NCBI GenBank assembly: GCA_045805065.1
Contig: JBJMMA010000235.1
Location: 1 to 15,169 of the forward strand
Reading direction: 5' to 3'
Origin: Bdellovibrionia bacterium
Lineage (GTDB): Bacteria > Bdellovibrionota > UBA1018
DNA length: 15,169 nt
Part shown: positions 1-9,115 of the stretch, piece by piece
Layout of the letters: every line of letters begins with the position of its first letter
Numbering within the stretch: the first letter of the stretch is position 1
The notes under the pieces: model-generated
Told to the model about the DNA's origin: nothing
Databases searched by the model: none
Seen by the model: the letters and a program-made list of their open reading frames with translations, nothing else
Translations under genes and position numbers: made by a program

Positions 1-36
1 TTCAGCGTGAAGCGGATAAAGAAGATTAAAGAGCAT
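1..36 (-). CDS. mraY: 5' fragment of probable phospho-N-acetylmuramoyl-pentapeptide transferase MraY (runs off the left edge)
   Basis: ATG at 36..34 reads MLFNLLYPLHAE, resembling the MLYxLLYPLH N-terminus I recall for deltaproteobacterial MraY. It is on the same strand as, and downstream of, ftsI-murE as expected for dcw order. Only 12 codons are visible. Confidence 0.65.
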   Translation of the reverse strand, partial: MLFNLLYPLHAE

Positions 37-41
37 ACGGG

Positions 42-71
42 ATGCTACAAATTTTTAAAAAGCCGTGTCAA
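42..71 (-). promoter_or_regulatory. sigma70-type promoter for the putative mraY, probably leaderless
   Basis: Minus strand reads TTGACA (71..66), an 18-nt spacer, TAGCAT (47..42), then 5 nt to the ATG at 36. No SD is visible. Confidence 0.6.
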
Positions 72-157
72 GGATTCCTTGCGTAGGGAGCGGCCTAGAG
101 TTGGACAATTCCCTGCGCTTCCCTCAGAATTGAGATTCGGGACGGGGGAATCCATTC

Positions 158-1690
158 ATGAGAAACGCACTTTTCGGTCTTTTCAGTCTGCTGGCGGTAA
201 TCGGGACTCACGCTTCAGCGTCCCCGGCGCATGATTCGACTCAACTTGCCTCTCTTCTCTCGTTTAAATTCCCTCGCTATGAACAATTGAAGATGCTTCC
301 TCCTGAAGCACAAAAGACTGTCATTGAGGGGATTCAGGCGTTCTTGATCCAAGCGGATCTAGAAGCGCGCAAGGGCGGCCAAGAGTCTGCCTTGAATGAC
401 CTCAATACTTTGAAGAGATTCTACGAGCTTTGGATTGAAACAGCAGAGGCAAAGCCGCGGTCTCGTTCTTCTTCAAAGTCCTCTTTAAAGTCCTCTGGGG
501 TGCAACAGCCTTATTGCATCAATCAAGGCGTCGTGAAACCTATCAGCGAATGCGATACATCGCTGGGGTATAAGATGCATGACTTTGATACAAACAAGGT
601 CTTATCGAAACTTGGACCTGCCTCTCAATGTCCCCCAGGTCAAATGCCCTGCAGCCCTTTCTTTGGCTTTACGTCCGAAGGACAGATGTTTTGCTCTTCT
701 AAAAACCTGACGCGCGATTGCGCGGAACAATCCAAACAGCCAGGCACCGTCTCGATCGTCAATGTCATGATGAGCTGTCAGGCTGGATCAGCTGGCGTGG
801 CCAAGGTGGATTGCAAGGCGTTAGGAGAATTCTTTGATCAGCAAATGGAAGTGGTCGAAAAGCTCTGTCAAAAGGCACCCAAGCGTTTTGCATGCGGAAT
901 CCTAAAGGATCAAATACGGGATGTGATGAACGAGGGCTCCGAGAAAAAGTCTGCCGCCAAAGAGGTTGGATTGGACAAAGTCGCAGAAGTCGTCCGAGCC
1001 ACAAACGAAGCTGCCCAGATGGACGCAGGTTCCGCTCCATGCCCGACCCAGGAGAAAGCTAAAGCCAAGTCTGCACCCGCTCCTGCAGCCAAGCCCAAGG
1101 AAGCACAGGCAGCATGTACTCAAAAGTCATCAGCCAAAAACTTTGAAAAACCGACATTGGATGCTTTGATAGCAGAACTCATGGGTGAGCACGCGGATGA
1201 CTTTGTCTGCGGAGAGCTGACTCTGCCAAACAAAAGCAAAATCGGCCTTAATCGAATGAAAGGTGAAATGACAGTCCAGGCAACGCCGGACTCCACACCG
1301 GTTACCTTGGATTTTGTCGAGGCTCAGCTTCTGGGAAATATATCAGCGGCACTTCTTGATCCGCCTCAAAAAGTTCCGCCTAAAGACCTTCTTGCACATT
1401 ACCTTCCAAAAGAGATCATGAAAGATCCTGGAAAAATCGTTCTAGAGAGCAAGGATGGTAAACAAAAGAAGGAATTTCCGTCCAAGGGATGGATCACGGC
1501 GAATGGAACACGGATTCGGTACATTCCCGGTGTTGATTTCGGCGATGAGAAAAAGCATATCGTGATGATGAGCGTTCAACTTCCCGGCAGCGCAAAAGAA
1601 ATGCGAATCGGCATCCCGCTCTCGCTCCCTGAGGATGGTCAGGAAGAACCGGCCAATGACTCCAAGGCTTTGCCAAGCCAGCCAGAGTAA
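158..1690 (+). CDS. secreted cysteine-rich hypothetical protein (510 aa)
   Basis: Long ORF with a Sec signal peptide (MRNALFGLFSLLAVIGTHASA), 13 Cys mostly in the central region (CINQG, CPPGQMPCSPFFG, etc.) and an Ala/Pro/Lys linker. GGGGA lies upstream of the ATG. No family recognised. Confidence 0.8.
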   Translation: MRNALFGLFSLLAVIGTHASASPAHDSTQLASLLSFKFPRYEQLKMLPPEAQKTVIEGIQAFLIQADLEARKGGQESALNDLNTLKRFYELWIETAEAKPRSRSSSKSSLKSSGVQQPYCINQGVVKPISECDTSLGYKMHDFDTNKVLSKLGPASQCPPGQMPCSPFFGFTSEGQMFCSSKNLTRDCAEQSKQPGTVSIVNVMMSCQAGSAGVAKVDCKALGEFFDQQMEVVEKLCQKAPKRFACGILKDQIRDVMNEGSEKKSAAKEVGLDKVAEVVRATNEAAQMDAGSAPCPTQEKAKAKSAPAPAAKPKEAQAACTQKSSAKNFEKPTLDALIAELMGEHADDFVCGELTLPNKSKIGLNRMKGEMTVQATPDSTPVTLDFVEAQLLGNISAALLDPPQKVPPKDLLAHYLPKEIMKDPGKIVLESKDGKQKKEFPSKGWITANGTRIRYIPGVDFGDEKKHIVMMSVQLPGSAKEMRIGIPLSLPEDGQEEPANDSKALPSQPE

Positions 1691-2661
1691 ACAACGAGGC
1701 CTCGATTCACTTCGTTCCAGGCTTTCATGGATTCATTCCAGCTGACCTCTGCCCACATCAGGGGCGAGAGATGTTCAGCGAAATGGGCCTGACAGTGGGC
1801 TTTCATCTCATCCAAGGTGAATAGTCTTTGCTCATCGCCCTTTTGAGGTTGGACCATCGCGGGTGAGAGCCAGCGGTGCTTGGGCAGAATCACCCAACGA
1901 TCGTCTCGGTTTTCTACCGGTACATCCAACTGATGAATCTCAGTCCACCACCCCTTTTGATGATGAGGAGAAACCTCCAATGGGTGAACATGATTCTTCC
2001 AGCTATTTTGGCAACTGCTTTGCGCCGGATAGAAGAGCATACCTTTGATCCAGGCAAGAGGTTGCGGACTTGGAAGTCCCAGATAAGCTAAGACGCTCTC
2101 CCCATCCAGGCGTTCACTCAGTTTCAACTGATGATGAAAGATTTTCGCTACCTTGATATCGAGCCGGTCTCGGTGCAAAGTTCCAAAGTAGTGGTTCATC
2201 TTTAGCGCCTGATCGGGCGTTTCGCCGGCAAATAGATAGAACTTCACCGCAGCTTCCCAGTGATAAATCTGCGAAGGCAGGGCGCCATGACCCGGGAGCT
2301 TGAAAACAAAATCAAACTCTCCCACCGTATTTCGACCCTGGCCCGGTTTTGAGGGCTCATGCTCCTGAACCGGCACGCCACCGTAAAATGCCTCGGGCTT
2401 CAGATACTCACGAATCCAGAAAGACAGTAGCGCTTCAAAGTATCGCCCCAGAAGCATGGTTTGATTTTCGCGACTTTTGAGATCCTCAAGAAGCGCCGCC
2501 GGGTTTTCATCACAACGGCGAAACCACTCCTCACCTTCTCGGGCTTTTTCCTGAAACCAATCGTCACGCAGAAGTCTGTCGGCAAAGGCAGGATGCTCTG
2601 GATTGAGCAGGCCTGGTCCTTTCAAGATCCAATAGAGATCGCGAACGCTTGGGGTCCTCAT
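1639..2661 (-). CDS. DUF1853 family protein (putative PD-(D/E)XK-like fold)
   Basis: Motifs VRDLYW, LGRYFEALL, TVGEFDFVF, HWEAAVKFYL, KGMLFYP, GWW and WLSP are typical of DUF1853. Start placed at ATG 2661, which overlaps the upstream TGA (ATGA, 2658-2661). Confidence 0.8.
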   Translation of the reverse strand: MRTPSVRDLYWILKGPGLLNPEHPAFADRLLRDDWFQEKAREGEEWFRRCDENPAALLEDLKSRENQTMLLGRYFEALLSFWIREYLKPEAFYGGVPVQEHEPSKPGQGRNTVGEFDFVFKLPGHGALPSQIYHWEAAVKFYLFAGETPDQALKMNHYFGTLHRDRLDIKVAKIFHHQLKLSERLDGESVLAYLGLPSPQPLAWIKGMLFYPAQSSCQNSWKNHVHPLEVSPHHQKGWWTEIHQLDVPVENRDDRWVILPKHRWLSPAMVQPQKGDEQRLFTLDEMKAHCQAHFAEHLSPLMWAEVSWNESMKAWNEVNRGLVVYSGWLGKALESLAGSS

Positions 2662-3614
2662 TGGGATTGGAAATGCTCTTTCTCCCAAATCGCCTCTTTG
2701 ACTGCAATCGCAAGATCTTGGACTTTTCCAACGCCAAAGAAATGCACGAACACAAGTTTTGGAGTCTCTTGAGTCATGTGCGTATGGATTGAAGTGATCT
2801 GGATGTTGGCTTCGAGCAAGTCTTTCAGGACAAAGGGAAGCTCGGTCTCAAGGGATGCGACATCGCCGTTCACGACAGCGTTCTCGTCGCTCCCTGCAAA
2901 CGTGGCCCAGCTACTGGCGCCTGTTGATTGTCCGAGCTTCTGATTTTGAAGAGTCGTGCTTCGAGGCAGTTCCACCCGGAAAACTCCGTTGGACATCTCG
3001 CCTTTCCAAAGAAGACTCTCCATGGTCTTTTGATTCAAATCGCTGTGAGCAATATCGGCAGGAACGGAATCCAAGCGAGCGGCCTTGTGCTTGTCGGACT
3101 TTCTCTCTTTGATGCGTTCACCATTCAGAGTTGAATAAACCCAACCCATGGCGCGCGCCATGAGCTCTTCGCTACCAGTTCCCTCAATATGAAGCGACAT
3201 CACTCGTGACGAATCCATCATGAAGCGATTATGCAATGAGGTTGCCGTGAGCCCCTGATCGAGGATGGCACGTAGAACCGGACCTACTTCTTCCTGACGC
3301 AATGGGAGATCGCCTAAAAGAAGGGCATGATCCCGCGTTCCAGAAATCGTCATCCAGGCCGTCAGACCAAACTCCGGTGTAAGCTTCACGCCCTGAACCG
3401 TTGTCTCAAGATTTGGGCGCTGGAACTTGAATTGGTAAGTGCTGCCGTGGAGGTTTCCCTTCACTTTGGAGTTCTCTTCAATGACCGCAGAACTCAGGCC
3501 CGAATCTGATAAGGCGTGGGTTTTTCCTAAAAACAGCGCTCCACCGAGGAACAAGAAACCTAAGATCAAGGCGATGGCGACAGGATGAGGATGCTTGGTT
3601 TGAGACGTCTGCAT
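2658..3614 (-). CDS. DUF1259 (LppY/LpqO-like) tandem-domain protein with N-terminal membrane anchor or signal
   Basis: Two repeats with GD(L/V)xxxxxE and xxH(N/T)x motifs (GDLPLRQEEV...TSLHNRF; GDVASLETEL...ITSIHTHM...FVHFFG) and a hydrophobic N-terminal segment. Confidence 0.8.
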   Translation of the reverse strand: MQTSQTKHPHPVAIALILGFLFLGGALFLGKTHALSDSGLSSAVIEENSKVKGNLHGSTYQFKFQRPNLETTVQGVKLTPEFGLTAWMTISGTRDHALLLGDLPLRQEEVGPVLRAILDQGLTATSLHNRFMMDSSRVMSLHIEGTGSEELMARAMGWVYSTLNGERIKERKSDKHKAARLDSVPADIAHSDLNQKTMESLLWKGEMSNGVFRVELPRSTTLQNQKLGQSTGASSWATFAGSDENAVVNGDVASLETELPFVLKDLLEANIQITSIHTHMTQETPKLVFVHFFGVGKVQDLAIAVKEAIWEKEHFQSQ

Positions 3615-3648
3615 TCTCCAGTCATATCACAATTTAGGCGAAAACGCC

Positions 3649-5160
3649 TTACTTGAGCCGGAGCGCCTCACTTGCCACTTCCCGATCATCGAAGTGGATC
3701 TTGGTTGTTCCGATAATTTGATAATCTTCGTGTCCTTTTCCTGCGATGAGAACAATATCGCCGCGCTTTGCATCATCAATGGCTGAATAAATCGCCTTTT
3801 TACGATCCGGCTCGACAGTAAAGTTCGAGTGCCCGCTCATTCCTGACACAATCTCATCGATGATGGACTGAGGATTTTCGGTACGTGGATTATCGGATGT
3901 AACGATTGTCAGATCTGAAAGTTCTACAGCAAGCTTTCCCATCACTGGCCGCTTGGTGCGGTCGCGGTCGCCGCCGCAACCAAACACGGTGATCAATCGA
4001 GGAGATCCCCCGCTACTTTGCCTACTGTCTTGAATGATCCCGCGCAATGTTTGCAGAACTTTTTCAAGCGCATCAGGTTTATGAGCATAATCCACAAGAA
4101 CATGGATGCCTTGTGCGTTTGGAACTGCCTGAAGCCTGCCTGGTACAGACTCCAGCTCGTTCACGCCTTGGGCAATCGCCTGGGGATTAAGCTTAAGTCC
4201 CAACGCCGCTCCCACAGCGCCTAAAATGTTTGCGACGTTAAACTTTGCGGTCAGGGCGGAATCAATTTTAACGCCCGCAATCTCTCCATGGATTCCTTCC
4301 AAACCCATTTTCAGTAGCGAGCCCTGAAGCTCTGCAGGAGTTACATCCGAGGAATAGGTCACGACTCGCGCCATCTCGGCAGGCTTTCTGGCCTGAAGCT
4401 CGCGAGCCAATCGCTGACCCCATTCAGTATCGACTCCAATGCTTGCAACCGGAGCCTTGCCAGCTCTTCGTGACTCCGCCGCATACTCCGTAAAAAGCAT
4501 GGCCTTGGCGCCGAAGTAGTCTTCCATATCCGGGTGATAATCCAGATGTTCAGGCGTGAGGTTGGTGAAAATCATCGCATCAAAGGCAAGATAGGCAGCC
4601 CGGTGCTGCTTGAGTGAGTGAGAGGAAACTTCCATCACGACCGCAGTACAACCCGCGTCTCGCATCTCAGCCAGAAGCCTTTGAAGCTCGGCAGCACCCG
4701 GTGTCGTGTGGGTCGAATCAATGACCTTGTCTTTGTAACGAAAAGCGACAGTCCCAATGAGACCGACGTGATGGCCTGCCGCTTTGAGAATGGATTCAAC
4801 GAGATAAGAAGTCGTTGTCTTGCCACTCGTGCCTGTCACACCGACCATCAGCATGGCGTGTGAGGGATTGTCGTAAAAAGCTGCAGCAAGCCGCGCGAGT
4901 GCAAGTCTTCCGTTTGCAACTTGAAGATAGGGAATTCCCGCGGGCACCGGGTCTTCTCCCACAATGAGAGACGCGCCCGATTGATGCGCTTGCGCGATAA
5001 AGCGATGCCCATCCTGGCTCTCGCCACGGGTTGCGACAAAGATCATTCCGGGCTTCACCTGGCGGGAATCCGCCGTGACGCCTTGAACGCTGAGCGCTCT
5101 CACTTTTGAATCAAGTTTTGAAAGCCATTCACCTGGAAAAAATTCTTCAATTCGTCTCAT
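3649..5160 (-). CDS. murE: UDP-N-acetylmuramoyl-L-alanyl-D-glutamate--2,6-diaminopimelate ligase
   Basis: DSRQV, P-loop GVTGTSGKTT, HTTP, MEVSSH, FTNLTPEHLDYH, VDYAHKPD, FGCGGDRD, DNPR (meso-DAP type) and AGKGHE. ATGA overlap with ftsI. Confidence 0.97.
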   Translation of the reverse strand: MRRIEEFFPGEWLSKLDSKVRALSVQGVTADSRQVKPGMIFVATRGESQDGHRFIAQAHQSGASLIVGEDPVPAGIPYLQVANGRLALARLAAAFYDNPSHAMLMVGVTGTSGKTTTSYLVESILKAAGHHVGLIGTVAFRYKDKVIDSTHTTPGAAELQRLLAEMRDAGCTAVVMEVSSHSLKQHRAAYLAFDAMIFTNLTPEHLDYHPDMEDYFGAKAMLFTEYAAESRRAGKAPVASIGVDTEWGQRLARELQARKPAEMARVVTYSSDVTPAELQGSLLKMGLEGIHGEIAGVKIDSALTAKFNVANILGAVGAALGLKLNPQAIAQGVNELESVPGRLQAVPNAQGIHVLVDYAHKPDALEKVLQTLRGIIQDSRQSSGGSPRLITVFGCGGDRDRTKRPVMGKLAVELSDLTIVTSDNPRTENPQSIIDEIVSGMSGHSNFTVEPDRKKAIYSAIDDAKRGDIVLIAGKGHEDYQIIGTTKIHFDDREVASEALRLK

Positions 5161-7280
5161 TCGCCCTCGCCTAGAGTCAGGCGAACTGTATCGCCTTCGG
5201 CGATGGCTTGTCCAGGCTCAGGCGTCTGGGCCCGAACCAATCCTACGCCTTTGACTTCCAGGTTGAGAGAGTGCCCCTCGAGCGCTTCGACAACTTCGCG
5301 AGGCGTCAGACCTCTGAGCGCAGGCATTTTCCAGGCGGGGCGCTGTGCCGTAGCGGTGCTCGCCAGCTCAAGCTGAGGCGGAATGACTGCGCCAGGCTCC
5401 CGATTCTCTTGAGAGCTATTCAGCTTTGGAGCAGGAGCTTTCGCAGCAAGCGCAGTCTGATGAGCGACAGCTTTTGCGATTGCAGCCTGACTGCTGCGAA
5501 CCATATCAGCAGGAGGTGCTGCGGGCTGCTTTGCATCCGCCAACGTATTGCTCGCTGGAGCTGGAAGGCTAAAGCGATTTGCCACGGCATTCAAAACTTC
5601 ACGGAACAAAGGCGCCGCAACCTCGCCGCCGTAGTACTGACCATGAGGCTCATCGATAGAGGCAAAGATCACAATTTTTGGCTCAACTTGAAGCGGAAAT
5701 CCAATGAAGGATGCCACGTAGCGAGAGCGAGAATAGCGTTTGGTCTCAGGATCGATCTTTTGCGCGGTTCCGGTTTTTCCCGCAATCCGATAGCCATTGA
5801 GAACTGCGTTTCCGCCCGTTCCGCCTTCTTTAGTCTGCGTTGTCGACTCAAGCGCTTCAATGACTTGCGCGGTCACCTTTTCGGACAGGATTCTATGTGG
5901 CTCTGGCGGCTGAGTGTTCTTCGATTTGATCAGCGTTGGCTGAACGAGCCATCCGCCGTTTAGGAAAGATGCGTAAATCCGGGCCATCTGGATAGGTGTG
6001 ACCAAAACGCCATGTCCAAATCCAATGTTAGCCAGAGTAATCGGGGTCCAAGCCTTACGCTGCGGAACGCGACCATTAATCTCACCGGGAAATTCGATTC
6101 CGGTCTTGGTCCCAAAGCCAAAGCTGTGAAGTGCTGCCAGATATTTATCCGCACCAAGCTTCAGAGCAAGCTTTGCAGCGCCGACGTTACTGGAGACTTG
6201 AATGATCTTCTTCAGCGAGATCCATTCAAAGCGCTCGTGAGCGGTTGCTTCAGAGATCGTTCGGCCACCGATTTTAAATTTCCCGTGCTCGCCATAGAGT
6301 TGATCCGTGAGCTTCATGCCGTTGGACAAAGCAGCGGCAAGCAACGCGGGTTTCAAAGTCGATCCAGGTTCATAGCCGTCGGTCAGGGCGCGGTTGCGCT
6401 TACGATCCGGAGAAGCACCGCGAATGTTTGGATTAAAGGATGGCTCATTGGCCATCGCAAGAATCTCGCCATTCATGGCGTTCATGACGATGACACTTCC
6501 GCCGCGAGCGTTGGCTTTTCTGACCGCGTTTCTGAGCTCTTCTTCAACCGAGTATTGAAGGGATGCGTCCAGAGTCAGGGTGACAGGCTCGCCATCGCGA
6601 CCTTCTTGAGCATCTTTTGCAGCCTTCGAGTCAATGAAAGCAGGTCTTCCCAGAGCATCACGAACGGCGCTGACAGAGATCACTTTGCCGCGAAGCTTTT
6701 CGTTCTGAAGAAGCTCAATGCCTTCCGTTCCTTCGGAATCAAGATTGGTTCCGCCGATGATATGCGCTGCAAGCTCATTATGCGGATAAACGCGCTCGCT
6801 CTCGCTCACGATCCAGAGTCCGTTGATGAGATCGCCATCGGGACCGATGATGTGATGCGTGCGAAGTCTTTCAAACTCATGATCTGAAAGATGGCGCTTG
6901 ATCCAGGCAAAGCCACGCCGATCGTCCATCTTCTTCATGATGTGCGATTGCGGAAAATCGAGAGCTTTCGCAAGTAGCCTCGCAACCGCTTTGCGATGGG
7001 CGATTTTTTGCGGATTCATGGCAAGGCTTCGAGTCTCGCTGTTGATCGCAAGCGGCTCGCCGTTGCGGTCCAGAATCGAGCCGCGCCTTGGGCTCACCAG
7101 AAATTTTGTTGTAAACTGCCGGCGCGAGAGTTTTTCGAGGCGTTGATCGCCTCCGATCTGAATCCATGCGGCTCTTCCCGCAAGCAATCCCGCGCCTGCG
7201 AGGCAGAGGACCATCAGAACAATGAAACGAGACTTGAACGGATCGGCGTGGTTATTCTGCGAATTGTTCTGCGTGTTCAT
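5157..7280 (-). CDS. ftsI: cell-division class B penicillin-binding protein FtsI/PBP3 with C-terminal PASTA domain
   Basis: N-terminal TM, RGSILDRNG, RVYP, GxEGIE, EPGSTLK (SxxK), SSN, GKTGTAQK. An Ala/Pro linker precedes a PASTA-like MPALRGLT...QTPEPG segment. Lies between ftsL and murE. Confidence 0.95.
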   Translation of the reverse strand: MNTQNNSQNNHADPFKSRFIVLMVLCLAGAGLLAGRAAWIQIGGDQRLEKLSRRQFTTKFLVSPRRGSILDRNGEPLAINSETRSLAMNPQKIAHRKAVARLLAKALDFPQSHIMKKMDDRRGFAWIKRHLSDHEFERLRTHHIIGPDGDLINGLWIVSESERVYPHNELAAHIIGGTNLDSEGTEGIELLQNEKLRGKVISVSAVRDALGRPAFIDSKAAKDAQEGRDGEPVTLTLDASLQYSVEEELRNAVRKANARGGSVIVMNAMNGEILAMANEPSFNPNIRGASPDRKRNRALTDGYEPGSTLKPALLAAALSNGMKLTDQLYGEHGKFKIGGRTISEATAHERFEWISLKKIIQVSSNVGAAKLALKLGADKYLAALHSFGFGTKTGIEFPGEINGRVPQRKAWTPITLANIGFGHGVLVTPIQMARIYASFLNGGWLVQPTLIKSKNTQPPEPHRILSEKVTAQVIEALESTTQTKEGGTGGNAVLNGYRIAGKTGTAQKIDPETKRYSRSRYVASFIGFPLQVEPKIVIFASIDEPHGQYYGGEVAAPLFREVLNAVANRFSLPAPASNTLADAKQPAAPPADMVRSSQAAIAKAVAHQTALAAKAPAPKLNSSQENREPGAVIPPQLELASTATAQRPAWKMPALRGLTPREVVEALEGHSLNLEVKGVGLVRAQTPEPGQAIAEGDTVRLTLGEGE

Positions 7281-7648
7281 TTCGATGCCCGAGCAGGTTC
7301 GCGAACCGGTGCGCTTTGAGACATGTAGATGACTTGATCGGACTTCGGTTGATTGAGCCCAAAACGTGCTCGGGCGATCATCTCAAGTCGCCGCGGCGAT
7401 CGAAGACCTGCGACCTTCACATCCATTTTCTCACGCGCTTCTTTCAAAGCACGGATCTGACGATCGGCCTGATCGATTGCGTAGGTTTTGCGAACAATCG
7501 ATAAGCGAAGCGCAACCGTTCCAATCGCCATTGCAATCAAAACTGGAATGACCCAGAGAGGCATCCACTGACGCAATGAGCTTCCAGCCGAAGATTGATA
7601 GGATGACGACTTATTAAATGATGCAGATCCAGTTTGTCTTACGGCCAT
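7277..7648 (-). CDS. ftsL: cell division protein FtsL
   Basis: 123 aa with a single TM, a coiled coil and LRSPRRLEMIARARFGL. Located between rsmH and ftsI with an ATGA overlap. Confidence 0.85.
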   Translation of the reverse strand: MAVRQTGSASFNKSSSYQSSAGSSLRQWMPLWVIPVLIAMAIGTVALRLSIVRKTYAIDQADRQIRALKEAREKMDVKVAGLRSPRRLEMIARARFGLNQPKSDQVIYMSQSAPVREPARASK

Positions 7649-7660
7649 ATCCCCGGCCCT

Positions 7661-8599
7661 CTAACGGCGCTCAGCGATTCTCAGCTTTGCGCTTCTTGCT
7701 CGGGAGTTCCGACAAAGCTCCTCTTCATCGGCTTCAATAGGCTTTTTAGTGAGTGGTTCAAAGAGCGCCTCATCACGAGACGGACCTCTGAAAGCCAGCT
7801 TCACACGGCGATCCTCAAGCGAATGAAAGCTCAAGATCGCCACCCTTCCCCCCGGTTTAACTCCAAGGATAACACGACTTAAGAGCGAATCGAGCTCATT
7901 CAGCTCTTCATTCACTACAATTCTTAACGCCTGGAACGTCCGGGTTGCGGCATGAATCCTGCCATGACGAGCCGGAGGCGGGACCGCTCTCACGATCAGA
8001 TCCGCAAGCTCGCGTGCCGTGCGAGGCATTTGCTTTTCACGGCGCTTATCGACAATGACTTGCGCGATCCTGCGGGAAAACCGCTCTTCGCCGTACTCGC
8101 TCAACACCTTCTCAAGCTCGGGTTGCGTGACCGTCAAAAGATAGTCGCGGCAGCTCTGTCCTCGAGTGGGATCCAGTCTCATATCGAGAGGGCCATCGGA
8201 CATAAAGCTGATCCCGCGGTCATCGCTTTCGAGCTGGTCACTGGAAAACCCAAGGTCAGCCATCAGGCCAAGAATTTGTTTTCCTTCGAAGAATTGATCT
8301 GCGTCGCTGAAACGCGAATGCTCAATCACCAGGCGACCTTCTTCGATCTCTTTGGCAAAGCGGCGGCGTCCTGCTTCAACGGCTTTGGGATCCTGATCAA
8401 CCGAGAGGACTTTGTGACTGCTGAGCGCAGGGTCTGAGGCCAGGGCTTTTAGAAATTCGCCCGTATGCCCCCCACCCCCTAAAGTGCAGTCCACAATCCA
8501 ATGAGCTGGCGCATCGGCTGGAAGCTTTTTGAATGGCTCAATGAGCGCATTGACGATGGGTTCAACAAGAATGGGAATATGGACAGTTTCAGCGCTCAT
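7661..8599 (-). CDS. rsmH: 16S rRNA (cytosine1402-N4)-methyltransferase RsmH (MraW)
   Basis: HIPIL, VDCTLGGGGH, DLGFSSDQL, DGPLDMRLD, YGEERFSRRIA, ATRTFQALRIVVNEEL, SFHSLEDR, RARSAKLR. Confidence 0.97.
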   Translation of the reverse strand: MSAETVHIPILVEPIVNALIEPFKKLPADAPAHWIVDCTLGGGGHTGEFLKALASDPALSSHKVLSVDQDPKAVEAGRRRFAKEIEEGRLVIEHSRFSDADQFFEGKQILGLMADLGFSSDQLESDDRGISFMSDGPLDMRLDPTRGQSCRDYLLTVTQPELEKVLSEYGEERFSRRIAQVIVDKRREKQMPRTARELADLIVRAVPPPARHGRIHAATRTFQALRIVVNEELNELDSLLSRVILGVKPGGRVAILSFHSLEDRRVKLAFRGPSRDEALFEPLTKKPIEADEEELCRNSRARSAKLRIAERR

Positions 8600-9072
8600 G
8601 ATTTGTTAGTCCGCTTATAGACGTCGGAGTCGACAATTTCCATCCATCGTTCGGGCGCCTTCGTCACTTCAAAACCAAACTGCCGATAAAGTCCATGCGC
8701 GTCCCTTGTCGCAAGCGAGAATCGACGCAGCCCCTGAAGCTGAGGATGGCTTTGAATGCAGGTCATGAGCCATTTGGACAATCCCTGCCCACGAGACGAC
8801 TCTTCTATATAAACATCGCAAAGATAAGCAAAAGTGGCCGAATCGGTAATGACGCGTGCCAAACCGACCTGCTTCAGCCCTTTCGGCCCTTGAGAATCAA
8901 CTTCATAAACCCCAAAGCAAAGAGATCCCTCACAAGCCTTCTTGACTGTTTCAAAAGGAATCCCCTCGCACCAATAAAGCTTGCTCAAGACACCATGAAC
9001 TCTCAGCAAATCGAGAAGCTCCGGGTCGGTGCTGATGACGTGTTTGTCGCTACGCCATTCCTTGTGGGTCAT
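8596..9072 (-). CDS. GNAT family N-acetyltransferase
   Basis: QVGLARVITDSATFAYLCDVYI, RGQGLSKWLM (acetyl-CoA motif A), LATRDAHGLYRQFGF. GAGG SD. The stop overlaps the rsmH start. Confidence 0.92.
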   Translation of the reverse strand: MTHKEWRSDKHVISTDPELLDLLRVHGVLSKLYWCEGIPFETVKKACEGSLCFGVYEVDSQGPKGLKQVGLARVITDSATFAYLCDVYIEESSRGQGLSKWLMTCIQSHPQLQGLRRFSLATRDAHGLYRQFGFEVTKAPERWMEIVDSDVYKRTNKS

Positions 9073-9115
9073 TCCATTATCCTCTCATAAATGGGTCGTT
9101 CGAGCACTACTCAGA

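Noticed and set aside
7..234. 75-aa plus-strand ORF
   Set aside because: It overlaps the mraY-like start, its promoter and the start of the 510-aa gene, and has no protein-like features.
2662..2688. Longer N-terminus of DUF1853 given by the ORF track
   Set aside because: The ATG at 2661 gives a typical ATGA coupling, whereas the extension lies inside the upstream gene.
5208..6887. Long plus-strand ORFs of 251 and 291 aa
   Set aside because: Antisense shadows of ftsI with no recognisable motifs.
7952..9090. Plus-strand ORFs of 161 and 131 aa and other short nested ORFs in the track
   Set aside because: They lie opposite or within well-supported genes (rsmH, GNAT) and have no independent support.
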